Shown here: piece after piece, positions 24,949-36,027 of the stretch | Position numbering within the stretch: position 1 is the stretch's first letter | How the letters are laid out: every line of letters begins with the position of its first letter | DNA from: Leptogorgia sarmentosa | Taxonomy: Eukaryota | Direction: 5' to 3' | Assembly: GCA_964658305.1 (NCBI GenBank) | Contig: OZ210885.1 | Span: 20,026,001-20,090,000 of the forward strand | Length of the DNA stretch: 64,000 nt | The notes under the pieces: generated by a model | Told to the model about the DNA's origin: nothing | Database searches by the model: none | The model's input: the letters and a program-made list of their open reading frames with translations, nothing else | Program-made: the position numbers and the translations under genes

Positions 24949-25270
24949 AGTGCATATCAAGCTTATTTTTTTATTGGCTCATCTTATAGAGCTCAAAAAG
25001 TTGTTTAGTAAGTCTTTTACCGATTTTGATTTGGACCAATAGTTTCCAAGATTTCGAGGTTGAAAGAGCCAATTTTTGACGATTCTCGTGTCAATTGCCG
25101 CGCCAGATTATTATGACTGGGGGACTGGGTCATGGGCATATGCTTTGATTACATCTCTATAAATACAATGGAGATTTGAGATCTGAATTGAAAGAAACTC
25201 GTTTTATTCACGATCTATCAGACATGGAAAGCTCAAATTCAGCGGCAGACATGTACGATAGTCCATCTTC
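24949..25270 (+). repeat. Kolobok terminal repeat, copy 2 (originally inverted relative to copy 1)
   Basis: Matches 11044-11365, is preceded by TTAA 24945-24948, and leads into the THAP exon. Confidence 0.9.
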
Positions 25271-25433
25271 ACGTTCTGACATGGGATGGAACAAAAACGT
25301 GTATATTTCGACGATAGCGACAGGAAATCGGAACGGGAGTCGCTTGGTGAGGTCGGCATATACTTTGATCCGCTAGGCGCATAACTTGCATATTATGTGA
25401 AAGTCCGCGATTGTCTTGCCTTTTGCGCTCAAA

Positions 25434-26054
25434 ATGCCACGGCGTTGTGTTGTGTATGGGTGTTCAAACACTGCCAACATGTCCAAAAATGTATTTACGT
25501 GATACCATATTGGGGCAATGATTCTGTGATCGCCATAAACAGAAGGAAGAAATGAATAGCCTTCGTTCAACGCAAGAGGGATCATTGGAAGCCGACTGAG
25601 AACTCGTGCATATGTTCGAAACATTTCACGCCAGATTGCTTTGATTATGGTTCTGACACAGTTGGAAGGTATAAGTCACTGAGATTAAAGAGTGACGAAA
25701 TTGGCATTACGGCGATTCCAACGATACAATCAGTTCTGGAGCCAATGATTAGCGAACACGCTAAACGATTTGAGCGCTGAAATGTAAGTTTTAGTTTTGT
25801 TGACAAATTTGATTTGACAAACACTCGCAGTACATGGTGTTCATGATGTGCAGTTCACTTACATTTTCAACTGATCATATGGACGATGAATTTACTGTAT
25901 TTCTTAGATTGTTAATCCCGAAGCATCCACTTCAACAGAGAGTGAATCCTCTTCGGTACAAACACGTGGTGATGGTGATGATCATGATGGTGGCGAAGAA
26001 CCTGGCTCTTCGCCTTTAGCAGAAGGAGCGTCAACAAGTGCGGACTACCAAGAG
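25434..26054 (+). pseudogene. Kolobok transposase exons 1-2 (THAP domain; damaged)
   Basis: MPRRCVVYGCSN...CICSKHF...AIPTI (THAP, with frameshift/stops). Donor GTAAGT at 25784, then a 147-nt phase-0 exon 25908-26054. Confidence 0.82.
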
Positions 26055-26281
26055 GTAGAAAAGTTTTATTATTCATATCATTATAATAATGGATTTTCCA
26101 GCCATCCAAAACTTTTCGCTTGGGTCAGATTCACATTACTCATTCCAGCGATAAAAACCTTGGCGGAAATGGTCAAATGGCTCACATGGCCAAAAGCCGG
26201 TGAACTGCCAAATGTCAATGGCTATCTTTAAAACCCGGAACGGGGAATCGGAATGGAATCGCGGAATGGAATGGAACGGAT

Positions 26282-26485
26282 AAAACCCGGAATGAGAAAA
26301 TGCGGAATCTTTAAAATCCGGAATGAGAAAATGCGGAATCTTTAAAACCCGGAATGAGAAAATGCGGAATCTTTAAAATCCGGAATGAGAAAATGCGGAA
26401 TCTTTAAAACCCGGAATGAGAAAATGCGGAATCTTTAAAACCCGGAATGAGAAAATGCGGAATCCTTGAAATGCGGAATCTTTTT
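26282..26485 (+). repeat. 31-bp tandem array (about 6 copies) in the left TIR of MULE-3
   Basis: Unit AAAA(C/T)CCGGAATGAGAAAATGCGGAATCTTT, head to tail without spacers. Confidence 0.95.
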
Positions 26486-26921
26486 AGAGAACCATGTGCA
26501 CACTGCCATATGATACTGCAGTGGCTGCACAGTTTTTCGTGAGCACGTGAAAGGGGAAACTGCTTAGAAGGTAAGATATATACAATCTGTTTCAATCTGA
26601 CGTTTTTTACAGTTGTTCATCATGTTCGTATTTTTTGAATAGTTTGGTAGATAATCGGGGATCGTTCGTTAGCATTTTGACACTTGTGTATCTGCATAAA
26701 CGCATAAAATTTTAATTATAAGACACTTGAGTAAACAGTAACAATTGTTACGGAAGCAGAGCGCTGTAGCCTAAGTTTGACACTAATATCATTCATTTTG
26801 TGGCACTTAATTTTGCTCAAAAACACTTTTTTGCCTCCTTTAGGTCACCTGTAACTATGTATTAGTAATTTGCTTTGGTTAATACTTGTATACCCCAACC
26901 CCTTAAGGGGCTTAATCTCGA

Positions 26922-28040
26922 ATGGCTGCCAAACTCCCTGTTCTCACACAAGAGAGGCCACAAAGTGCAGAACTTATCCCAGGTGTTCCACCATTTATGT
27001 GGGCATCTGTTCAAAATAAACGACTACTTGGAGAAGGAAGCTTTGGTGAGGTGTTCGTTGGGAAATATGAAGGGCATGATGTTGTTGTAAAAAAACTGAA
27101 AAGGCAAAAAAGTCCAAGGTCAAAGGATTTATTCATAAAAGAGGTAAATATTTTAAAGGACCTGAAATGTGATAACATTGTGAACGTTGAAGGTTTTTGT
27201 TCCCAGCCACTGTCAGTCATGTTGGAATATTTATACTTTGACTTTAAGCCATTTGGGATTGAAAGTGGTCCCTTAGCATCCCTAACTGACTACCTAGAGT
27301 TTGTTAGTACTCAAGATCATGTTGCCCAAATGTCATGCCTTCAACTGAAAATTGCCACTGACATAATGGAGGCTATAGCATTTCTCCACAGCAGAGATAT
27401 AGTTCATAGAGATATCAAGCCTGCAAACATTTTGGTTTCAAATAAACATTACTGCGAGTTAGAGGAGGCATCGGCTATCGAAGAAGCATGGCTAAAGGAG
27501 GGGATAGTCTGCAAACTAGCTGACTTTGGTGAAAGCAGGTCTGCAGTACATCAAACTGCAGCAATTCACCATACAAGGACAACAAACTTTGAAAGAGGGA
27601 CACTTGTGTACAACTCTCCAGAGATTTTAGCTGCCCAAAACTCGTTATCCTTGAATGATTTGAAATGTTGCGATGTGTGGTCCCTGGGTATGGTCATGTT
27701 TATGCTCATCAATCCTGATGTGGAAGCCCCCTATTCGTTAGAGCTTGAGGAAAAACAGGTTGATACAGTTTCTGAGGCAAAAACAGTTCTTCAAGACTTC
27801 ATGAATATTGAGAAGAAGCCCGAGTATTCTGCTAAATACAGTATCTTGCGTAAAAGTCCAGACTGGTTGAAAATTGAACAAGCTTTTGAATCCTGTACTG
27901 CTTTCAAACTGGAGGATAGGCTAACTGTGGTTGAAGCACTTAAGATTGTTAGTGTTGCAGAGGAAAGACAGCATGACACTACCAAAGATCACAACACTTG
28001 TAGTGAGCCGGAGATTAGCGAATTGGGACAGGATTCACAG
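26922..28040 (+). CDS. Protein kinase domain (Ser/Thr or TKL-like), exon 1 of a putative kinase-transposase fusion; unspliced ORF runs to 28130
   Basis: GEGSFGEV, VVKK, FIKEV, HRDIKPAN, DFG, GTLVYNSPE and DVWSLG are all intact. Donor CAG|GTAACT at 28040/28041. Confidence 0.92.
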
Positions 28041-28481
28041 GTAACTGAGAATTGCATCTATTTCTTAAAATGTCCCTTTTCCTGGAAACCAATATCGACT
28101 ATCCAGTATCTAGCTTTACTCTGTTTTTAACAGATGTCATCTGTTTTTAATTTTGCTAGCATTATATTGACAGCTAGTAGCATTACATTTTTAGATATTG
28201 TGGGCTTTGTGGCATTAGTTAGTCTATGTATGATCAATGAAGGTCGAAATTTGCTGTGAAACTGAAATAGTAAAACTAAAGTCAACTTTTTTTAAAGTTT
28301 TTGTGCCAGGAAAGCGAAAGTTATCTGCATGTACACATATACCTGTATCAGGTAAGTGTCAGGGGAACATAAGTATGCAGAAAAATGCGATGTGATGTAA
28401 CATTGTACATGTGTAGAGCTGTTCAATTCTGAACAGCTAAGTTCAATTTAAATTTTGATATATACCTTGCCTTTAGAACAG

Positions 28482-29312
28482 CCCGATTTTGAAGGAAGTG
28501 CCAATTTGCCATCATACATTGACCTGACTGTGGATGATGGGGGTCATGAGTGTACAAAGGATAGACAAGTAAGTGTATTTAATTGAATATCTATAAGGCC
28601 AGGGGACAGGGAATGTGGAATTGTTTTACAGATTGTCTTTACAATAAAATTCTCGAACCAAGTATTCTTCACTGTGGAAAAATGTGAAATAATTGGCTGG
28701 GCTGTGTATGTCTGTACTAATGTGTTATAGACATAACAGCAACAAGTTGTGTGCATTGTAATTCAATTGACATCATTTTCCGTCAGCTAGCAAAATCTCA
28801 AAATCCGTGTTGCGGGAGTGCCATGCACAACCTAACTGCCAAAATAATACTGTAGCAGAACACAATTGATCCAGCCTGATGTGTCACTCATACCTATTGC
28901 TACTCCGCATGAAAAATTTTAAATAAGAATTACAAATCCTTGGTTTTCCAGGATAGTTGCGAAAAAGAAAATGAAGACGACAAGGATGTACATTCAAGTG
29001 GTGATGAACCAGGTAAGAATGGATTAGATTATACAGTTATATTTGGGTCAATCACCACGACAAATTGATGTATTGATGTAAATACGCTATGAACTTGGGT
29101 GAGAAATACTGTATATACTTTGTTGCTGTTGTTGTTGTTGCTTGTGCTATTGTTGTTGGAAGCATGGTTGAAGTCTGCACGTGGTACTGCTGTTTTTGCT
29201 GATACTATTGGTATCTTTGCATTGCAGGAATCGAAAATTCACATACCAGCACAGACAACCCCTCTAAACGGCAAAGGAGCGCAAGAAGACTAACAAACAG
29301 CAACTCATCAAT
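28482..29312 (+). CDS. Three predicted linker micro-exons (28482-28568, 28952-29012, 29228-29312)
   Basis: Each is bounded by AG/GT and stop-free, with phases 0-0, 0-1, 1-2 matching the flanking exons. Translations: PDFEGSANLPSYIDLTVDD..., DSCEKENEDDK..., IENSHTSTDNPSKRQRSARR... Confidence 0.7.
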
Positions 29313-29590
29313 GTATGTATTTAGAACACAGTTAAGCCCTGGGCAAAATAGGAAACATTTTGCTTCCTGTCAACGTTTCCCAGTTTGCCCAGCCGGGAAA
29401 CATTGTTGCGGAAACAAAATTTGCTTCCCGGGAAGCAAAAATGTTTCCCAATAAATTCTGAAACATTTTTGTCACGGAAACATGGTTCCCAGTCTGCCCA
29501 CATGTTTCCAGCAATAACAAATACCGCGAAAAAATGACGGTTAACCGCTCAGATCTATCACTAAATGATCGTGGAACATTTTTTGTGTAG

Positions 29591-32500
29591 TGAGAACGAT
29601 AGAATTAACAGTTTCAAGCCCTCTGGCGAGGCGTACAAGGACGATGCAATGACACCTGTTTTCTCGTGGCACAGCAAAGCGTTTACAAGCGAGGAGCTTG
29701 TTGCAATCCTCCTGGGAAGTTATGAACCCGAGCATACTTGCATCTGCCAACCTGTCAATGTTTCCCACAATGCGTCATTCTTAGTTGACGTCAATTCGTT
29801 AGAGCACCGAGATGACATAAAATGCGACGATATGGGCTCGTGGAGACACAATGGAACTCCGAAGCGTAGATTCTTGGTAATTTTTGATCAACAAGGGATA
29901 AAGAAGATATCTGCCACGAAAGATCGAGATAAGTCACCTTTATTATCCAAAACGGAGAAGATCTACGAACTGAAGAGAGCGTATTACAAGAACTGTTCTG
30001 ATGAATCCGTTCGCAAGATAGTGTCCGAACTACATGGTACGGTTGTCAAACATACACTGCTAATCAATTATTGCATGCATGTGGTTGAGCAGGATGTTCA
30101 GAAGTATCGAAATCAAGGTCAATTTTGCCTGTAACTTTCATTCGAAATATATATAACTATCCGCCTATAACTTTTATTCCAAATTTTTTTGCATTTTCCG
30201 TGCATTTATATGTGTACTAGCTGTTGCCATGTTCACTAAAATGCTCATTTTTCGTTTTTTTAGAAATGGGAGGTAGTTCTTGCCCATACATTCTTGTACA
30301 GTACCTTTTTAGTGGAAAAGAGCACGAAGTCGAGCGAGTTATACCCCACGGTAACGCGAAATCAAGGCAGTCGTATAGACGTATATTACCTAGCACAAGG
30401 GAGAAACTGAAAAAGTCCGTGCTCGAAAAGAAGACGGCGAAGGAAGTCCTTGATGAGGTGTACTGCGCATCAGGCGACGTAACAATGGCCCGGTCATTAG
30501 GCCAGTTACCCAGAGGACCGGGAGACATGTACAATGCCAGACATTCTGCAAAACAGTCCCCCGGCCTTGTGAGTAACACTTCATCAGTTCCACAGAGACA
30601 GGGCGAGGAAAATTCCAAGGGAGTCCAGTTGAATAACGTATGGAATTCTGGAACGTGCCAAGAGAGAGGAAGAGGCGTCGAAAGACTCGGCGTTCATACG
30701 CGAGTGCTCGATACATCCTGACCTCTTGGTTGTGCTCGCGAACGACCAACAGCTGGAAGAGCTTGTTCTATTCTGCACGTCCCCATTAGAATTCTGCGTT
30801 TTGGGAATCGATCCAACTTTCAACATTTTCGATCGGAATATCAGTTTGACTGTGACAACATACAGAAATTTAAAACTTGTAAATCCAAAGACAGGGAAAC
30901 CTCCAGTGTTCGTGGGTCCACTAATGATGCACCAGCGCAAGGATTGGAAAACTTACTCCAAATTTGCGTATGCTCTGACAGCAGCAAAACCAGAATTGGG
31001 AGGAGTTTTAGCCTGTGGCACTGACGGGGAGAAGGCGCTGATTGATGGGTTCAAACGGCATTTTCATTATGCCATATTTCTCCGGTGTTTTCTTCACTTT
31101 AAGGATAACATCAAGCGAGAACTGACTGCCAGAGGCATCTCTGGTGATGCCAAAAACGATATCATCGCTGAAATATTTGGCAAGCAAGAGGGGTCCACAA
31201 AGTTCGAGGGGCTGGTGGATTGTGAGACAGACGACGAGTTTGAGTCGAAACTTGAGCAGCTGAAACTAACCTGGGAAGACCGTGAGGCAGCATCTGGCAA
31301 CAAAACGAAAAAACAGTCCTTTTTCGATTGGTTTCTAACAGAAAAGGTATCTAAAAATTCGTGCACACAAACAGGGTGCTCTCATGAAAAACCCTACTGT
31401 AGATACATCAACGGCACCACATGCCAAGGCGTTAGGCCTAGTTCATTTTTTCCGTGTTCCTGAGTTATAAAAACACTTGTGGAAGTTTGGGAGAAACTCG
31501 AAATTGGGTAGAAACACTCACACTTCGTGCTCGTGTTCCCACGGAATTTCTCGTTTCTCCCAAACTCCTTAGAAACACGGAAAATGTTTTCTATTTCTTA
31601 AATAGTCATGCAGACTCTTCGTTTTACATTGTCATAGAGGTCAGTTTTCAAACCTTTACATAGATTTTGTATTATTACCAACGACCCCATTTTTGTTATT
31701 ACTAGGCAACGGACATGAAGGATTCGATGCTGAAGAACATCCGAAGAGACGCGGGCCTAGGAGATCCTCCGACAACATATACAAACAACGATCCCGAGGC
31801 TGCGAATTTCATGATAAAACATGGTTTGCTCTTTAATGCCCAGAAGCCCCACGAGTTCATCGAAAAGATCAAGAATATTATCGAAACGCAGCAGAGGAAC
31901 GAGGATCGGGTGGTTTTTGGATTGGGTCCTTACAAGGTGTGAAAAGAATTGGCACACCTTTCACTCGAAGATGTAAAGAGAAGTCAGTTAAGCCATGCTC
32001 AAATGACGAGCAAGATCGCAGCATTTAAGAAAGCCAGTATGGCAAACAAAAACGATGTGGTGACGGCGGCACAACTGGAGCAAAATGACAAGTCGCCAAA
32101 CAGGATCGAAATAAGCTCCAACGAGAGTGGCATAAAGACAGTTGCTGCGCCCATAATAGAACATATATTTGCAAAAGCAAACAACTTGTTAGCAAACGAA
32201 GGCAATGTCATTGGTAAACCTGGAGCCAACGATGGTTCATATATAGTCGCCGGAAGTTCGAATAACGTCCACATTGTTACTCCTGGTCGAGGTGGTTCTT
32301 GGTCGTGTGACCGTACTTGCATGAACCACTCTACGAAGATTTGCGAGCATGTGTTAGCCGTTGCTCAAATCACAGGGCAACTGCAAGAGTTTCTGACGTG
32401 GTTCAAACGGAAGAAAGGCCCATCGATGATGGGAATGGTGGAACAAGCAGGCCCGAAAAATGCTGGAAAAAAGCCTTCAAGAAGGAAGCGTACAAACGCG

Positions 32501-33334
32501 AAACAGCAGCCAATAATAGTAGAATACGTGGATTTACTTGGCAATGATTGCGACGACCAAGTTGGGTCTTCGGCATCCACAAGCAGTCAGACTCACCATC
32601 CATCCGCGATGTTACCGCCTACTGCCTCCCCTTATACCACTTTCCACAAACAACACCACAATCCATCGTACGCATCAGTGATACCCATTGATATGCGAAG
32701 CTACCCGCAAGTGAGCACACCTGGCGATCCACCAAATATGTCCACCACCAGCTTTTCCTTCCAGGCACATCAAATGCACAACCAATTTTCGCCATTACCA
32801 CCTAGAATATTGGGCAGCGTTTCACCGAGCACTCAATATTCACAAGCGAGCACATCTGGCCATCCACAAAACATGTCGGCCACTACCAGTTGTTCCTCCC
32901 AATCACATTTACCAGCTCAAATGAAGAACCAATTTTCATCATTGCATGCATCTGGAATGATGGCCAGCGCACCACTGCACACTCAACAGTCGTTGTTCAT
33001 GGGACCCTTCCGCTTAAAGTGGGTCGAAGGAACCAGAATCTCCAAATGCTATGGCTGCGCTCGTAACATCCAAAACCCTCCGATTCAACGGCCGGATGAC
33101 CTGGTAATCGTGTGTCGCGATTTGCGCCAATTCCGAGACCAAACGACCGGACTTCTGACGACAAGCACTGCCCCTCAGAATTGTCATTTCCATTTAAATA
33201 GGATGTGCGTCTTAGCAAGGTACCCCACCTTTATACCCAGCATGTTGGTAATCGACCGTGAATTTGTACCACTGTTGCAGGCAGAACATACTAACCGGTT
33301 GGCGACAAGTTTCGGTATAAATGTACCAATGTGA
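29591..33334 (+). pseudogene. MULE transposase (exons 29591-30036, 30264-31346, 31706-33334) with one frameshift (~30644) and one in-frame TGA (31940)
   Basis: GIDPTFN, GTDGEKAL, RCFLH, TNNDPE (D-D-CxxH-E), SWIM CDRTC...CEH, Ser/Pro/Gln-rich linker, and a C-terminal CYGC...HFHLNRMC finger. Confidence 0.88.
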
Positions 33335-33491
33335 TTCATTGACAGACGATGAAAATCAAGTTTTTGTTACAGTTATGTTAGGTTGAAACAAAGTTATGTT
33401 AGGTTGAAAAATGCCCTTCGTAGATCTAGGACATTCAGAAGAGTGGCTAATGGCAAGTCCAGGATCTTTTTGCTGCCATCTGTAGCATATA

Positions 33492-34302
33492 CAGGGTGTA
33501 TAAAAAAAAACGCAATCCTACGTTCAAATGCAATTTTCATAACGAAAAGTATTAGAAAATAGGCTATATTTACCACCGTTAGAAAGCTCTATCATTCCGC
33601 TTTCTTAAGACTGCTTGTTTGTTAAATTTGAGTTGGAAATGAGCGAGTAATGATATTTTTAGTAAGTGTGATTGGACAATTTAAAATTTGAGATAGCTTG
33701 AATTTATTAAAAATTTAACTTTAGTTGGTTACAATCATTCAACGTGGCCTGGCTTTCTCACCACACACAAATCACTTCGACGTTGCATTTCCTGTGCAAC
33801 TCTTCTTATTAGTTCATGATTTCCATGTAAACATCTGCTTCAAGCTGTATCTGCCGGTATTTACGTACGTTACGCCAAACGGTCGTCGAATTTGGGACTT
33901 GTCGATCCGGGAAAGCTATTCGAAACAATCTTAAAACTTCCTGAATACTTTTTGTTACAAAGTAACCTTCAACAATAAAAGTTATTTCTGCTGTAGTGAG
34001 CTGTGGCATGATGCCTGAGACTTTAAAATTATTTCGCGAAAATATTTCAAACAAAATATTCGCATGCAACGATAACGTCTTCTTCGGAATTAAGAACGTC
34101 GAATTCGAAGCATCTAAAAATGACTGCTTGCAGTAAATCACTTATTTTGAAGTCCTAAATGGCATAAAAAGTCACAATCGACCACTTATTGAGTAGAAAA
34201 AAGATAGGGCTAAAACATGAACTAAAAGTTAAGACATGGAAATCTATATTATTTTGGTTATAAAGCCTTAAACTTGGATTGCGTTTTTTTTGATACACCC
34301 TG
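33492..34302 (-). mobile_element. Non-autonomous Tc1/mariner-type element with a transposase N-terminal remnant
   Basis: TIRs CAGGGTGTAT(A)nCGCAATCC, TA flanks, and remnant MPQLTTAEITFIVEGYF...FPDRQVPNSTTVWRNVRKY. Confidence 0.85.
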
Positions 34303-34405
34303 TATATATATATACATTATGACTATGTACTTCAAAGTTCAAACATATTCGATACATACATGTTTAGGTAAACAGAAGCTTTAAATTTAGTTATTAATAG
34401 ACCTG

Positions 34406-35417
34406 GGGCCGGTTGTACGAAAGGCGTTTAACGTAAATGGCGTTTAAGCATTATCCAACGTATAAATTTCCTATCCAGCGGATAGTTAACTAGCGGATAA
34501 AATCGCGTTGCACGAAGCCCGTTTAGCATCGCGTTTAACTATACGATGGATAAACTTAAATTTACCCGTAAAAAACCGGATTTTCCAGAATTTGTGCACC
34601 TCAACTTGGTACTTGAGGGAACTTGAGGGTAAAATGTTGCAGATTTCACTCTCGTATAACATCACGCTTCATGAAATTCGAAAACAACGGTACGAGTATA
34701 TTTTTAATTAATTTTACAACAACTTCAACATTATAATCCTTGTCCTTGACCTTGAATTTTGTTGAAAACAATTTTTCGAACATTTTCTCTCATATTTTGA
34801 TTGGCTTAACAAAGTCACACCGAGCGAACAAAGTTCTTTTCGAATTTTGGGCTTTTGGCGTATTTTTGTTTGTGTATTTATGTACGTTTAATATTTGGTC
34901 GTCTACAGCGATTGTTCATTCAAAATGGCTTTAAGTTGGAGTTTTACAGCTATTATTAAACACGATATACTAAGTGTGAAGCGGGAAAGTCAAAGAATAT
35001 AACGTATAAACACGCCGGAAACTCGTGCGTTATGAAAGTATAGCAAGGTCGCAGCCTTTTATTCATTTTCGAGGTGACTTCAGTTTACCTCAAGACAAGT
35101 TAGACAACAAAAGTAGACAACAAAAGTCGATGGTGAGTGCTCACTTGACTTCTTTTTGTCCGTTGTAGTAAAGACAGTCCCCCCCCTTTCTGTCACAATT
35201 CTCCTTCGTTAATCCGAAATCCTCATTATTATGTTTTGAAATGTTAATTTATCCGCTGGATAGTGGGTTAAACGGTCTCATGAGACCGTTTAACTTTATC
35301 CATCGTTTAGCCAAAATTTAACCAGTGGATAGCGCTAAACGGGCTTCGTACAACGCAATTTCTCAATCGTTTAAATGGTGTATAGCGACTTATAAACGCC
35401 TTTCGTACAACCGGCCC
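34406..35417. mobile_element. Harbinger-type MITE
   Basis: TIRs GGGCCGGTTGTACGAAAGGCGTTTA with a 3-bp CTG duplication (34403-05, 35418-20). Confidence 0.85.
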
Positions 35418-35549
35418 CTGTTATAAACCGGCATAACAGTCAGTAGTCAAACCTCTGATGTACTATAGCTCAGAGTGGCGATTATAATCACTCGGTGTTT
35501 ACAAGTCTATAATCATTTCACCTTTGGCCAATGGCTCAGTAAATATATT

Positions 35550-35760
35550 GCGCATTTTCTCATTCCGGGTTTTAAAGATTCCGCATTTTCTCATTCCGGG
35601 TTTTAAGGATTCCGCATTTTCTCATTCCGGGTTTTAAAGATTCCGCATTTTCTCATTCCGGATTTTAAAGATTCCGCATTTTCTCATTCCGGGTTTTAAA
35701 GATTCCGCATTTTCTCATTCCGGATTTTAAAGATTCCGCATTTTCTCATTCCGGGTTTTC
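35550..35760 (-). repeat. 31-bp tandem array (about 7 copies) in the right TIR of MULE-3
   Basis: Reverse complement of the 26282-26485 unit. Confidence 0.95.
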
Positions 35761-36027
35761 TCCGTTCCATTCCATTCCGCGATTCCCCGTTCCGGGTTTT
35801 AAAGATAGCCAAATGTCAATGTGTATAAACTAATTTGATTCGATCGATTTCATTCGGTCTGATAAAGGCCCTTCATTGGAAAAACGTCTTTACACACATT
35901 GGCAGTCCACCGCCATTTCGCTTTTGGCTTTGTGTACACAACACCACAAATTTTTGGATCACAATGGCTCACAGTTTTCCTTGTTTTTTCAGCCTGATCA
36001 GGAAACGTCATTATCAACCTGTGTCAA

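Larger units (their letters stand above)
26220..35810 (+). mobile_element. MULE-3 (Mutator-like) carrying a protein kinase; foldback-type TIRs
   Basis: Termini GGCTATCTTTAAAACCCGGAACGGGGAATCG... / ...TCCGGGTTTTAAAGATAGCC with a perfect 10-bp TSD AAATGTCAAT (26210-26219, 35811-35820). Confidence 0.93.

Noticed and set aside
11044..25270. 322-bp direct repeats read as LTRs or as KolobokP-type long terminal direct repeats
   Set aside because: Both copies have host Academ sequence at their 5' side, and the host ORF and the transposase switch strand, so they are TIRs flipped by inversion. There are no gag/pol genes between them.
25912..26109. His-rich minus-strand ORF
   Set aside because: Antisense shadow of the Asp/Gly-rich Kolobok exon 25908-26054.
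26282..26485. CRISPR-like 31-bp repeat arrays (also 35550-35760)
   Set aside because: The units are head to tail with no unique spacers, mirrored at both ends of a TSD-bounded element, with no cas genes, in eukaryotic DNA.
26922..28130. Kinase as an ordinary host gene at its native locus
   Set aside because: It lies within TIRs and a perfect 10-bp TSD, inside an intron of another transposon. No specific gene symbol can be supported.
29099..29293. Signal-peptide-like poly-Leu ORF
   Set aside because: Arises from an intronic (TTG)n tract and a non-ATG start; the overlapping exon reads in another frame.
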